Origin: Candidatus Brocadia sp.
GTDB lineage: Bacteria > Planctomycetota > Brocadiia > Brocadiales > Brocadiaceae
Length of the DNA stretch: 32,000 nucleotides
Direction: 5' to 3'
NCBI GenBank assembly: GCA_021650915.1
Contig: CP091279.1
Coordinates: 2,760,001 to 2,792,000, forward strand
Shown here one piece after another: positions 15,371 to 25,109 of the stretch; position 1 is the first letter of the stretch, and every line of letters begins with the position of its first letter. Under the pieces are notes generated by a model. It had not been told where the DNA came from. It made no database searches and saw nothing but the letters and a program-made list of their open reading frames with translations. The position numbers and the translations under genes were made by a program.

Positions 15371-16693
15371 ATGCGATATTTGAAAGAGACAAAACAACCA
15401 CAATCACTACCTGCTTCCCAGCAGGATCTTTACCTTGAAACAAGCCCGAAAAAGACCGTCAAAAGCAAAAGAAAGAGGTTCAATTCTCAAAAGCTGCGGT
15501 GGGCTGTGCAGATCGCGTTTTTTATTGTTGTGCTTGTCATCGGTTGGCAATTTTACACCTTTGTAAAATACTGTGAGGCTGGCGGAAAGGGGTTTTACCT
15601 GCCACGGCCGCCAGGAGTAGAATCTTTCCTCCCTATCAGCGCACTGATGGGCACAAAATATTTTTTCGGAACGGGGAAGATTAACCCTATCCACCCCGCA
15701 GGCTTTGTCATCTTTGGGACATTACTCCTTACCGCATTTTTTTTCAGGAGGGGATTCTGCGGATGGATTTGCCCGATCGGCACCCTTTCTGAGTGGGAGT
15801 GGCGGTTTGGAGACTGGTTTCTGAAAAAACTCCCGCAACGGGTTTCATCTATTATGCGAAATGTTCCCACCGCATTCACGGCGGGTTTGAGCCTTGTCTT
15901 TACCCCCATCATCGCCTTGCTGATTGTAGAGGTCATCACGATGGAATCCTTTAAATCCCCCCTGTTTCGATACCTGACTCCAGCCTATGTCCTGGCGATG
16001 GTATTACCCTTTGTGATCCCGCGGAAAATATGGCCGGATAAGGTTAACGATATCCTTGCAAGGGCATGGAAATTTTCTATCCTTGCCTTTTTTATCCACG
16101 TCATTATCATCAAAATGCCCATTGCACAACTGGAGGTCCTGTACACGCGCGCTCCTTTTGTGCGTGTTGCAGACGTTAAAATGCTCAAATTTTTCATGAA
16201 TATGTCCGGAATGGCCTTATCTGTCATCCTGACCATTCTCGTTATTTCCCTGATTAATAAAAACTACTGGTGCCGTTTTTTCTGCCCGTATGGCGCCCTG
16301 TTGGGTATCATCGGATACGCAAGCCCCATGAGAATTACCCGCGATACAGGAAAGTGTATTGATTGCGGCAAATGCACGAAGGCATGCGCCATGCACATCC
16401 TGGTGGAAAAGAAGAAGCACGTTCTGACTCACGAATGCGTGGCCTGCTACGATTGCGTCAACGCATGCCCGGTAAATGGGGCGCTTGATATGAAACTCAT
16501 TGGCGACCGGAAAAAGATTCACTATGGGCTTTATGCCATCATGCTCGTTGGCTTGTACGTTGTTGTAACAAATACGGCACGCGCCACGGGACACTGGCAC
16601 ACAAAGATATCGGATGCCGAATATATCATGCGGATATCTGAGCTTAACCACCCAAAGTATCTTCACAAGGCAGGCCAGTTTGAAATGGAATAA
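15371..16693 (+). CDS. membrane-bound polyferredoxin (NapH/MauN/NosR-like 4Fe-4S protein)
   Basis: It has multiple predicted TM stretches. Two CX3CP motifs are present (CGWICPIG, CRFFCPYG), as are two ferredoxin clusters (CIDCGKCTKAC, CVACYDCVNACP). Confidence 0.75.
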   Translation: MRYLKETKQPQSLPASQQDLYLETSPKKTVKSKRKRFNSQKLRWAVQIAFFIVVLVIGWQFYTFVKYCEAGGKGFYLPRPPGVESFLPISALMGTKYFFGTGKINPIHPAGFVIFGTLLLTAFFFRRGFCGWICPIGTLSEWEWRFGDWFLKKLPQRVSSIMRNVPTAFTAGLSLVFTPIIALLIVEVITMESFKSPLFRYLTPAYVLAMVLPFVIPRKIWPDKVNDILARAWKFSILAFFIHVIIIKMPIAQLEVLYTRAPFVRVADVKMLKFFMNMSGMALSVILTILVISLINKNYWCRFFCPYGALLGIIGYASPMRITRDTGKCIDCGKCTKACAMHILVEKKKHVLTHECVACYDCVNACPVNGALDMKLIGDRKKIHYGLYAIMLVGLYVVVTNTARATGHWHTKISDAEYIMRISELNHPKYLHKAGQFEME

Positions 16694-16762
16694 AGAATTA
16701 GAAGATCAGTATCTCGTAAAGAGCATTTCGACGTTGTCGGCAAAAATTATGTATACCATGAG

Positions 16763-16791
16763 CCCTGTCAGGATTTAGAACCCTGACAGGG
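16763..16791 (+). terminator. hairpin downstream of the polyferredoxin gene (weak terminator candidate)
   Basis: CCCTGTCAGG-atttagaac-CCTGACAGGG is a perfect 10-bp stem, but only a poor T tract follows it. Confidence 0.3.
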
Positions 16792-16883
16792 TTGATTCAT
16801 GGATTTCGCGTCTCGTCTGCCTGCTTGTCGGGCAGAGAGGAATTTTGTCCTTTCCGACTCGTTCAGGTCAGGTGTTCATAATT

Positions 16884-17726
16884 ATGAAAACATCCATAAT
16901 GCGTGGTTTCTCCTTGTTTCTCGTGCTCATGTCTGGTTGTGCAACCTATAAAACAGCAGTTTCGCCAAAACCGGTTTGGGATGACGCTTCAGCCATTCTG
17001 GCAAACATTCAGGGGGAAAGAAAAAATCTTTCGTTACAGGAGATCAGAGATACCTTGATTTCCCATAGCTCCAGGCTTACCAGTCTTCGCGCTAAAACAG
17101 ACTTAGCCCTCACAACGCCAGACGTCAAAGGTCCCGTCCGCTGCACGGGATTGATCTTATATCAAAGTCCCAGAAATTTGCGGGCGATGGGCGCTAAGTT
17201 TGCCACGACATTATTTGATATGTCTTCCGATGGCAACCGATTCTGGTTGTATATACCGTCGGAAAATCTTGCATACACCGGGGAGTCCAATACCTTTCAC
17301 AAGATTGAGGCTCTTGGCATCAGCATCTTTCCGGGTGATATGGCCAGCTTGTTTAATTACCGGGAAATAGTGCAGGGTCAGCGGCCAACCCTGGAAACCT
17401 GGCCTGCCTATTGGCTGCTCCATATGCTCGATGTAGAGAAGGAGGAGGTGAACCTGAAGGGAAATCTTCTGGTCGACCGGGTCAATGCGGAGGTTATTCG
17501 TTGTGAGCTGTTTAATCCGGACGGTTCCGTCCGGCTTCAGGCGCTCTTTACTGATTACACGACGCAGAATGACTGTCGGATACCACGAAAGATTGACGTT
17601 CGCTGGCCGGCGCATAACACCACCCTGAGCATAACGTTTTCAGATATAGTTGTAAATGGCGCGCTCGACCCGAAACTCTTTACCCTGTCAATTCCCGAAG
17701 GGGCGCAGATCATTACCCTGAACTAG
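16884..17726 (+). CDS. lipoprotein, LolA/LolB-like (DUF4292-like)
   Basis: The signal peptide with lipobox is MKTSIMRGFSLFLVLMSGC. The track ORF starts earlier (16845), but the ATG at 16884 gives a canonical lipoprotein N-terminus. The family assignment is from memory of sequence style only. Confidence 0.55.
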   Translation: MKTSIMRGFSLFLVLMSGCATYKTAVSPKPVWDDASAILANIQGERKNLSLQEIRDTLISHSSRLTSLRAKTDLALTTPDVKGPVRCTGLILYQSPRNLRAMGAKFATTLFDMSSDGNRFWLYIPSENLAYTGESNTFHKIEALGISIFPGDMASLFNYREIVQGQRPTLETWPAYWLLHMLDVEKEEVNLKGNLLVDRVNAEVIRCELFNPDGSVRLQALFTDYTTQNDCRIPRKIDVRWPAHNTTLSITFSDIVVNGALDPKLFTLSIPEGAQIITLN

Positions 17727-18175
17727 ATCCCTTCGCCGTTTTCGACTTCCATGATCTTTTCCACCCGGCGGGCATGTCTTCCACCCTCAAAGGGAGTCTC
17801 CAGCCAGAGATTGACCTTCTGTTCCAGGAGCTCTTCATCGATAATATCGGCGCCAATGCACAGGACATTGGAATCGTTGTGTCTCCGGCTCATCTCGACC
17901 GTATAAAGGTTATGACAGCATGCAGCCCTCACGCCTTTTACCTTATTCGCTACCAGGGACATGCCAATTCCTGTGCCACAGATCAGTATCCCCCGTTCGC
18001 ATTCTCCCGATCCAACGGCACGGGCAGCATATAAGCCGTAGTCAGGGTAATCTACCGATTCGTTATTCTTGTCGGTTCCAAAATCCTTTATCGTATGACC
18101 CGCTTGGGTAAGCATGGTTGCGACACGTTTCTTAAAATCAAAACCTCGATGGTCTGACGCTAATGCAATCTTCAT
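17723..18175 (-). CDS. rpiB: ribose-5-phosphate isomerase B
   Basis: MKIALASDHRGFDFK...ICGTGIGMSLVANKVKGVRAA is the RpiB/LacAB signature, within a 150-aa ORF. Confidence 0.9.
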   Translation of the reverse strand: MKIALASDHRGFDFKKRVATMLTQAGHTIKDFGTDKNNESVDYPDYGLYAARAVGSGECERGILICGTGIGMSLVANKVKGVRAACCHNLYTVEMSRRHNDSNVLCIGADIIDEELLEQKVNLWLETPFEGGRHARRVEKIMEVENGEGI

Positions 18176-18326
18176 TTTGTTAATAGCTTCTTATAAAATT
18201 TCTTTAAATTTAAAAATAAATGAAAATACTTTTTGAGCTTCTAAGAATACCACTGAATTTCTCTGCGGTATAAAACCGGTACCCGCTAAAATGTAACTCA
18301 CTTTTCCGCACACTACGCTGCGCATA

Positions 18327-18956
18327 TTACACCTTTGCCAAGGTATTTTCAAGACAACCTCGTATCATTGTTTCTGAGATAATACCGGTACGAATGATCT
18401 CGAAGCCTTCATCCTTTAGCTTCAGTACCGTAGAAGGCGACCGAAAACGTGTTGAGCCGCCATCGAGAATTATATGGATCTTCCCTTTGAAGTCCATCAA
18501 CACCTGTTGTGCATCGGTTGACGCGGGATATTCCGAAATGTTTGCACTCGTAGTAACAACCGGTACCTGTGCGGCACGGATTAAATCCCTTGCTGCCGTA
18601 TCATCGGGAAATCGTATGCTTATATCTGTCCCATCCTTTAAAGGGAAAACGATAGCCAACGGACCAGGCCAAAAAGATTTCATTAATTTCTTTGCCGTGA
18701 TGGAAAAATGGTCGACGTATTTCTTTACATCATCAGCGTCGGCAATCATGAGGGTGAGTCTCTTTTCTGCTCCCCGTTTTTTTACTCGGTAGATACGTTC
18801 GATAGCCTTCGCGTGATCCCTGTGCACCCCTAACCCGTATACCGTTTCCGTGGGGAAGGCAACCACCTCTCCCTCCCGTAGTGCGTAAGCCGCCTCAGCT
18901 ATGTGATCTGAATACCGACTTCGATCTTTTAAGTTCAGGACTCTCGTTTCCATCAC
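18327..18956 (-). CDS. tsaC: L-threonylcarbamoyladenylate synthase (YrdC/Sua5 family)
   Basis: The VAFPTETVYGLG motif and the SANISEYP motif are present, within a 209-aa ORF. Confidence 0.85.
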   Translation of the reverse strand: MMETRVLNLKDRSRYSDHIAEAAYALREGEVVAFPTETVYGLGVHRDHAKAIERIYRVKKRGAEKRLTLMIADADDVKKYVDHFSITAKKLMKSFWPGPLAIVFPLKDGTDISIRFPDDTAARDLIRAAQVPVVTTSANISEYPASTDAQQVLMDFKGKIHIILDGGSTRFRSPSTVLKLKDEGFEIIRTGIISETMIRGCLENTLAKV

Positions 18957-19097
18957 AATAGCTTAAAACAACATCTTGACAAAAAGTGTCGGGACGACAT
19001 TCGTCACAGCAAAGGCACAAAACAGCACTCTCTTCGAATCATTGGCAGTTTCAATAGTGTAAATCCTGAGTATCCATATTTCAACCTCTTTTCTACC

Positions 19098-19127
19098 TTG
19101 ACAATAAATTGCGAAATTTGGTAGAGT
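19098..19127 (+). promoter_or_regulatory. sigma-70-like promoter placing the start site at or next to the ATG (leaderless candidate)
   Basis: TTGACA (19098..19103), an 18-nt spacer, then TAGAGT (19122..19127). The ATG is at 19135 and there is no Shine-Dalgarno sequence in between. Confidence 0.4.
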
Positions 19128-19134
19128 TTGCTGC

Positions 19135-20952
19135 ATGAAACAAAAGATTCTCAACGTGTCCTTTCTAGTCGTGTTTTTTGGTGTTTTTTCCTCCTTTGTT
19201 TTCCCGGGCAAACCCTTCCTCTTTTCCGCAGAAACGATCATGAACGTTGATGAAATTGTGCCGGGCATGAAGGGGTACGGTAAGACCGTTTTTACCGGTG
19301 ACCGGATAGAAATATTTAATGTCGAAGTGCTGGGTATTTTACGAAACTGGGAAGCGAAGAGCAATATGATTCTGATCAGGATGTCAGGCGGTCCTTTGGA
19401 AAAATCGGGTATTATTGCCGGTATGAGCGGCAGCCCGGTTTATATCAGTAACCGGCTCATTGGCGCTGTTGCCTATGGATGGAGCTTTGCAAAGGAACCC
19501 ATTGCAGGGGTTACCCCGATTAACGAAATGAAAAACACCCTTCTCAATCTACCTTTACACGAAAAAGGCATGCTGCCGGTCTCGGCAGAGTGGGATATTC
19601 CGTCCTTTTCTCAACAGAGTCTGGTTACACCATCGACGGCAACTTCTTCGATACCTCAGGAATTTACGGACTACGATGCGGCGAAAATAACCCTTACGCC
19701 GATTCTCTCTCCCTTGGTGGTGTCGGGTATTGAAAGCGATGTCTTGCAAAGAATGAAACCGCTCTTCCATACTTATGGATGGTATCCCGTCCAGGGGGGT
19801 AGTTATGACCTTTATCCGGATAAACCGGTGAAAAGCAGGCTTGTTCCAGGTGCGTCCGTGGCAGCCATTTTGATCAGGGGTGACCTGAGTGCGGCTGTTG
19901 TCGGTACGGTAACGTACGTGGATGGAGATAACGTCCTTGCCTTTGGACATCCCTTTTTACAGACGGGGAATGCTGACCTTCCCATGGCTTCGGCTTATGT
20001 TTACACCGTCCTCAGCAGCCAGTCAAACTCTGTGAAAATGGCGTCACCGGTAGACATCATTGGCCGGATACATCAGGACCGAAGGTCAGGAATTGCCGGT
20101 ATTCTTGGTGCATCATCACGGATGATACCTTGCCATATCGAAGTGGAAGGCTCGCAAAAACTCACATACGATTTTGAGATTGTGGATAATAAACTTTTAA
20201 CCCCCAGCCTTATCCTGATGGCAGCTCAAAGCGCTGTGTTATCCACTGAACGCAAGGTAGGAGAAAAATCGGTGCAGATACAATTGTCAGCACGCATCGA
20301 AGGTTGCGAAAATCCTGTCGTTATCGAAAATGTTTTTTACGAACTTGACCAGTCATGGTTTTCCCTGAACCACATCGTCCAGCCTTTTACCATGATCATC
20401 AACAATCAGTTTCGGGAAGTGCATCCAACCAGAATCGATCTGAAAATCAGGGTGTTGGACAGCCGGAAAACTGCCTATATCGAATCGGTCAGGGTGGATA
20501 AAAAACAGGTAAAGCCCGGGGATACGCTTCAGGTGGACGTGTGCCTGAAACCTTTTACCGGTGAAAAATTTTATCAAACCGTACTCATGCACATACCAGA
20601 AGACACCCTGCCCGGGAGTATGTTAAACCTTACGGTCTGCGACGCTACCTATGGCCAGGCATTGAATTTGGGACGGTCTGCCGGGAAGTATTTTCCGGTG
20701 AATTTCGAACAACTCGTACACTATGTCGAAAACATGGAACGCAATAACAATCTTATGGTGCGTATCCTGCTGACAAAAAAGGGAATTACGTATAAAGGAG
20801 AGGGATTCCCATCGCTTCCGGCATCGGTGCTTTCTATTATGAGTTTTTCCAATTACAGCGGGGTTGGCCCTCTTTTTGACGAAGTTGTATCGAGGATTCC
20901 GATGGAATACGTCCTCAACGGAAATCAAACGATCCCCCTGTCTGTTAAGTAA
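19135..20952 (+). CDS. secreted S55 (SpoIVB-like) serine peptidase domain protein
   Basis: It has an N-terminal signal-like hydrophobic segment. SGIIAGMSGSPVYISNRLIGAVAYGW resembles the SpoIVB catalytic-serine region. Length is 605 aa. Confidence 0.7.
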   Translation: MKQKILNVSFLVVFFGVFSSFVFPGKPFLFSAETIMNVDEIVPGMKGYGKTVFTGDRIEIFNVEVLGILRNWEAKSNMILIRMSGGPLEKSGIIAGMSGSPVYISNRLIGAVAYGWSFAKEPIAGVTPINEMKNTLLNLPLHEKGMLPVSAEWDIPSFSQQSLVTPSTATSSIPQEFTDYDAAKITLTPILSPLVVSGIESDVLQRMKPLFHTYGWYPVQGGSYDLYPDKPVKSRLVPGASVAAILIRGDLSAAVVGTVTYVDGDNVLAFGHPFLQTGNADLPMASAYVYTVLSSQSNSVKMASPVDIIGRIHQDRRSGIAGILGASSRMIPCHIEVEGSQKLTYDFEIVDNKLLTPSLILMAAQSAVLSTERKVGEKSVQIQLSARIEGCENPVVIENVFYELDQSWFSLNHIVQPFTMIINNQFREVHPTRIDLKIRVLDSRKTAYIESVRVDKKQVKPGDTLQVDVCLKPFTGEKFYQTVLMHIPEDTLPGSMLNLTVCDATYGQALNLGRSAGKYFPVNFEQLVHYVENMERNNNLMVRILLTKKGITYKGEGFPSLPASVLSIMSFSNYSGVGPLFDEVVSRIPMEYVLNGNQTIPLSVK

Positions 20953-20963
20953 AAGGAACCATC

Positions 20964-23192
20964 ATGAAATATCGTGTGACGAAAAGAAGCTGTTCGGTAT
21001 TTTTCCTCATGCTTCTGAATGCTTGTGTCTTTGGTGCGACAACAAACACGTGGACACAATCGACAGAATCTGATTTCAGCAAAGGCACGACCCAAAACGT
21101 CTCTGTCAGTAATAAAGGGGAAATACGGCTTGCTCCGCGAATAGAGGTGGTTGCGGGACTCAAAAGCGCCTTTGTCTGGTCTATGGCCGCCGATCTCCAA
21201 AATCGGGTGTTTGCCGGCACGGGTGACCCGGGAGTAGTTTACCTGATAAAGGACGGTTCAGAGGCCGTGGAGCTCTTCAAATCTCCGGAATTGTATATCC
21301 AGAGTCTTGCCACGGATACCTCCGGCAATCTTTACGCAGGAACGGCACCGCGGGGTATCATTTACAAAATAAATACTCGCGGAGAGGCTTCCGTATTTTG
21401 CAACCTGCCGGTATCTTATATATGGGATATGTCCTTTGATAATAATTCAAACCTCTTTGCCGCTACCGGAAATGACGGCATTCTCTTCAAAATATCTCCG
21501 GATGGTATACCATCCGTTTTTTTTGATACACCGGAGACCAATCTCCTTGACGTGCTGCATGACCGGTATGACAATATCTATGTGGGCACAGAACCGAATG
21601 GTCTGGTGTATAAAATAGCGCCGTCAGGACAGGCTCAGGTGCTCTATGATGCAAGTGAAGGAGAAATCCATTGTCTTTCAATGGATTCTGCAGGGAATGT
21701 TTACGCCGGAACGGCATCGGGCGCCCAGGCGCAAGTGCCTGTGTCCCCGGTTTCCCCGCCGCCCGTGCAGGCCGGGGCTATTACTTCTCTTTTCAAGGAA
21801 GAAAAATCATGGGATTGGAATCTTCCGGAAGAGTTTCCCATGGCACAAGCGGCATCCCTGCAACAACAAAAAACGGTATCGAAGAGTATGGACATGCCGC
21901 CAAAGACCACAGGTCTTCCCATGGTGCCAAATTACGTTTACAAAATCAGCAAGGAAGGGCTCATACAAAAAATACTGGAAACCAGCCAGTCATTTATCCT
22001 TGGCATGTCCCTCGATGCGCACGATAATCTGTACGTAGTTACGGGAAACACCGCCGGCTTGTATAAAATCTCCGGCGATGAAGGCACAAGCAGTCTGGCG
22101 CGCGTCGAGGAGGTGCAGGCGTTGTGTTGTCTCAGTACCGGCAAAAATGAACTCTATTTTGGCACAGGCAATGTCGGAAGGGTTTATAAGATATCGCCGT
22201 CGTTTATGAACGGGGGAAGCTTCATATCGAATGTGCTCGATACCGCTGCGCCGTCGAATTGGGGGTGTATTTCCTGGGCGGGCATACAGCCGGAAGGCAC
22301 AGAACTCATTCTGTCCACCCGTTCTGGAAATGGTGAAAAACCAGATGCTACATGGAGCGGTTGGTCTGCGCCCTATGCAATAAACGGGGAAAGAATTGCC
22401 AGCCCCCCGGCGCGGTTTATACAATACAAAGCCCTTTTACAGACAAGGAACAGTGATGCGACTCCGCTGTTAAGCATGGTATCACTCTCCTATCTTCCGA
22501 AAAATGAACCCCCAAGAATAGTCAGTTTTGTGGTGGAAAAGGAATCTTCTCCCGTATCACAAAAGCCGCCGGAGGCAAAAACCGACGGCAAGATAGAAAC
22601 GATACATCAGGGGACGGCGGGTCAAAAACCACATCATCAGATTGCCCAGAAAAATATCCAGTGGGAGGTGGAAGATCCAAACAACGACACGCTGCAATTG
22701 ACGATGTATTACCGTGGCATGGAAGAAAAGATGTGGAAGGTGATCGACAAGAATCTACAAAAGAAGGGATCTTTTGCCTGGGATACCCTGCGTCTGCCTG
22801 ATGGTAAATACCAGGTAAGACTTATCGCAAGCGATGACCCTGACAATCCGCCCGAAACTGCCTGCAATGCAGAGAAGACGATAGAACCCGTAGTGATCGA
22901 TAATACCAAGCCGGACGTCAGGCTGGTAAACGCCGTGGCCGGGACGGGGGGAAGATATGTCGTTTCCGGAGTCGCGAAGGACGAGTACAGTAAGCTGGTA
23001 AAGGTCCAATACACTGTTGACGGACAGGAATGGGTCTCGGCTTATCCTGTGGACGGAGTCTTCGACAGTCCCGATGAATCCTTTCAAATTACCACCAAAC
23101 CTCTGATGCCGGGCGATTATACCCTGATTGTCAATGCATTTGATAGTGAAGGAAATATTGGGATTGGGAAGGTACTATTTGAGGTGAAATAA
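20964..23192 (+). CDS. secreted beta-propeller repeat protein with C-terminal Ig/FN3-like domains
   Basis: It has a signal-like N-terminus. Recurrent blade motifs are NLYAGT, NIYVGT, NVYAGT, NLYVVTG and ELYFGTG. The C-terminus is beta-sandwich-like (PDGKYQVRLIASD..., GDYTLIVNAFDSEGN). It starts 11 nt after the peptidase gene. Confidence 0.55.
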   Translation: MKYRVTKRSCSVFFLMLLNACVFGATTNTWTQSTESDFSKGTTQNVSVSNKGEIRLAPRIEVVAGLKSAFVWSMAADLQNRVFAGTGDPGVVYLIKDGSEAVELFKSPELYIQSLATDTSGNLYAGTAPRGIIYKINTRGEASVFCNLPVSYIWDMSFDNNSNLFAATGNDGILFKISPDGIPSVFFDTPETNLLDVLHDRYDNIYVGTEPNGLVYKIAPSGQAQVLYDASEGEIHCLSMDSAGNVYAGTASGAQAQVPVSPVSPPPVQAGAITSLFKEEKSWDWNLPEEFPMAQAASLQQQKTVSKSMDMPPKTTGLPMVPNYVYKISKEGLIQKILETSQSFILGMSLDAHDNLYVVTGNTAGLYKISGDEGTSSLARVEEVQALCCLSTGKNELYFGTGNVGRVYKISPSFMNGGSFISNVLDTAAPSNWGCISWAGIQPEGTELILSTRSGNGEKPDATWSGWSAPYAINGERIASPPARFIQYKALLQTRNSDATPLLSMVSLSYLPKNEPPRIVSFVVEKESSPVSQKPPEAKTDGKIETIHQGTAGQKPHHQIAQKNIQWEVEDPNNDTLQLTMYYRGMEEKMWKVIDKNLQKKGSFAWDTLRLPDGKYQVRLIASDDPDNPPETACNAEKTIEPVVIDNTKPDVRLVNAVAGTGGRYVVSGVAKDEYSKLVKVQYTVDGQEWVSAYPVDGVFDSPDESFQITTKPLMPGDYTLIVNAFDSEGNIGIGKVLFEVK

Positions 23193-23267
23193 ATGATGTA
23201 ATTTTTTTGGCAATTCTGATTTTTCTTTGTTTCCCTTTCGTCTTTGTGGTAAAGTAGAGTGAAAATA

Positions 23268-23346
<79 letters not shown>

Positions 23347-23489
23347 CTTTACGGAGATAGAGGGTATCCGTTTTCGTGATGGAGTTGGATGGGTCACCAT
23401 ATGCAATAAAAGACGATAAAAACTGTGTGCCTTTATGGAAGACAAAAATCCGGGTCAAAGCCTGAAAATTATTCCTGCCTTTAGATATC

Positions 23490-24605
23490 TTGCCTAAATC
23501 AATGCAATCGGTTACCGATAGTCTGTTTCCCAAAAAGATTCTATCGTTGTTCCCAAGGCCGGGTTTCTGGCAGTATCTCTTACTGCTGATACCGGTCACC
23601 ATCATTGCTTATCAGGCTCACTTCCCTGTGGTTATGACCTTTATTTTAGCTGCAGCCGCCCTTGTCCCGCTGGCGCACTTTCTGGGTGAGGCAACAGAAG
23701 TAATCTCCGATAAGACCGGCGAACACCTTTCCGGCATTATTAATGCCACCTTTGGCAATGCTGCAGAACTGGTGATTGCAATTGTCGCCATAAAAAGCGG
23801 TTTGATCGATATTGTCAAATATTCTTTGGTAGGCTCGATTATTGGCAATATCCTGCTCATCCTGGGGCTGAGCCTTTTTGTTGGCGGTATAAAATTTGGC
23901 AATTTGAGGCTGAGTCCCGTCATTACCGGAACGACAACTATCCACCTCTCCATGGCTGCCATGTGCTTTGTGGTGCCTTCTGTCTTTGCAAAAGAGGACT
24001 CAGTGCTGGCGCTCAATAAGTACAGTGTCGGCATTGCCGTGGTTTTACTGCTGGTCTATTTTGTTGGGGTCTTTTATTCCATGGTAAACCGTGAAAACAA
24101 AGAGGCGTCGCAGGTCATCCACGAGGACATCGAAGCCACGGCGCCTAAGTGGAGTTTGAGAACAAGCCTGATTGTCCTGATTTCGGCAACAGTCGGTCTC
24201 GTTTACATGTCTGAGATTTTAGTGCACCAGATAGAACCCCTTGTGGAAGCCACCCATATTCCACCAGCCTTTGTCGGTTTGATCATCCTGCCGCTGGTCG
24301 GCAACGTCGCTGAACATTCGGTTGCCGTTGGTACCGCCATGAAAAACAAGATCAACCTGAGCCTGGCCATTGCGGCAGAAAGCAGCGTACAGATTGCCCT
24401 CTTTGTTTCGCCCGTTTGCGTCCTTATTGCCGGTCTTTTTGGCCAAAATTTCAACCTGATTTTCAATAAGATCGAGTTGATTACCCTTGCCATGTCTATC
24501 GGCGGCACCTGGCTCGTCGTCCACGACAACAAGAGTAATTGGTGGGAGGGATTTTCGCTGTTGTCTTTCTATCTCATCATCGCTATCACCGCTTATTTTT
24601 TATAA
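23490..24605 (+). CDS. Ca2+/H+ antiporter (CaCA/CAX family)
   Basis: The protein is polytopic and carries the two alpha-repeat signatures GNAAELVIAIVA and GNVAEHSVAV. The true start may be the ATG at 23502. Confidence 0.8.
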   Translation: MPKSMQSVTDSLFPKKILSLFPRPGFWQYLLLLIPVTIIAYQAHFPVVMTFILAAAALVPLAHFLGEATEVISDKTGEHLSGIINATFGNAAELVIAIVAIKSGLIDIVKYSLVGSIIGNILLILGLSLFVGGIKFGNLRLSPVITGTTTIHLSMAAMCFVVPSVFAKEDSVLALNKYSVGIAVVLLLVYFVGVFYSMVNRENKEASQVIHEDIEATAPKWSLRTSLIVLISATVGLVYMSEILVHQIEPLVEATHIPPAFVGLIILPLVGNVAEHSVAVGTAMKNKINLSLAIAAESSVQIALFVSPVCVLIAGLFGQNFNLIFNKIELITLAMSIGGTWLVVHDNKSNWWEGFSLLSFYLIIAITAYFL

Positions 24606-24757
24606 ACCGCAACACAAGGGTAATTATAACAATTAGCTAATGCTATTGCAGAATCGCGGATAAGCCGAGAGTGTCCGTGCTACCCTTGTGGAGCTGCTAT
24701 TTTCTGTCGGTTTGATAAACCGTAAACGACGAACCTTCTGGGCGTATTCTGATGCAT

Positions 24758-25039
24758 TTATGAATTCCCACCGGCAATGGCAGGTACGATAGAGATATGA
24801 TCGCCATCCTTGACCGGCGTATTGAGGTTGCCCATAAATCTTATATCTTCGTCGTTGAGGTAAAAATTGATAAACCTTCGTATCTGCCCGTCGTTGTCAC
24901 AGATCCTTTCCTTAATTCCCTTATAGGTTGCTTCAAGATTGTCGACGATATCTTTAATATTCTTCCCTTCCGCCTTTACCTCGTCGGCGCCTTTGGTAAG
25001 GGTTCTCAGTGGGGTCGGAATGCGTACCGTTACTGCCAT
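24758..25039 (-). CDS. MoaD/ThiS-family sulfur-carrier protein (C-terminus ...AIAGG-NS)
   Basis: It is 93 aa, beta-grasp-like, ending ...DGDHISIVPAIAGGNS. It lies 70 nt downstream of the ThrC-like gene. Confidence 0.75.
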   Translation of the reverse strand: MAVTVRIPTPLRTLTKGADEVKAEGKNIKDIVDNLEATYKGIKERICDNDGQIRRFINFYLNDEDIRFMGNLNTPVKDGDHISIVPAIAGGNS

Positions 25040-25109
25040 GCTTATACTCCCTTCAGATGTTCATGTTGGATTGTTACTGGTTTGAGGCAATGCCTCGTCA
25101 AATAATTCA

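Noticed and set aside
24613-24692. CACAAGGGTA...TACCCTTGTG 10-bp inverted repeat between the convergent antiporter and moaD-like genes
   Set aside because: The arms are about 60 nt apart and lack a T tract. It may be a weak bidirectional terminator or a chance match, which is not enough to call.
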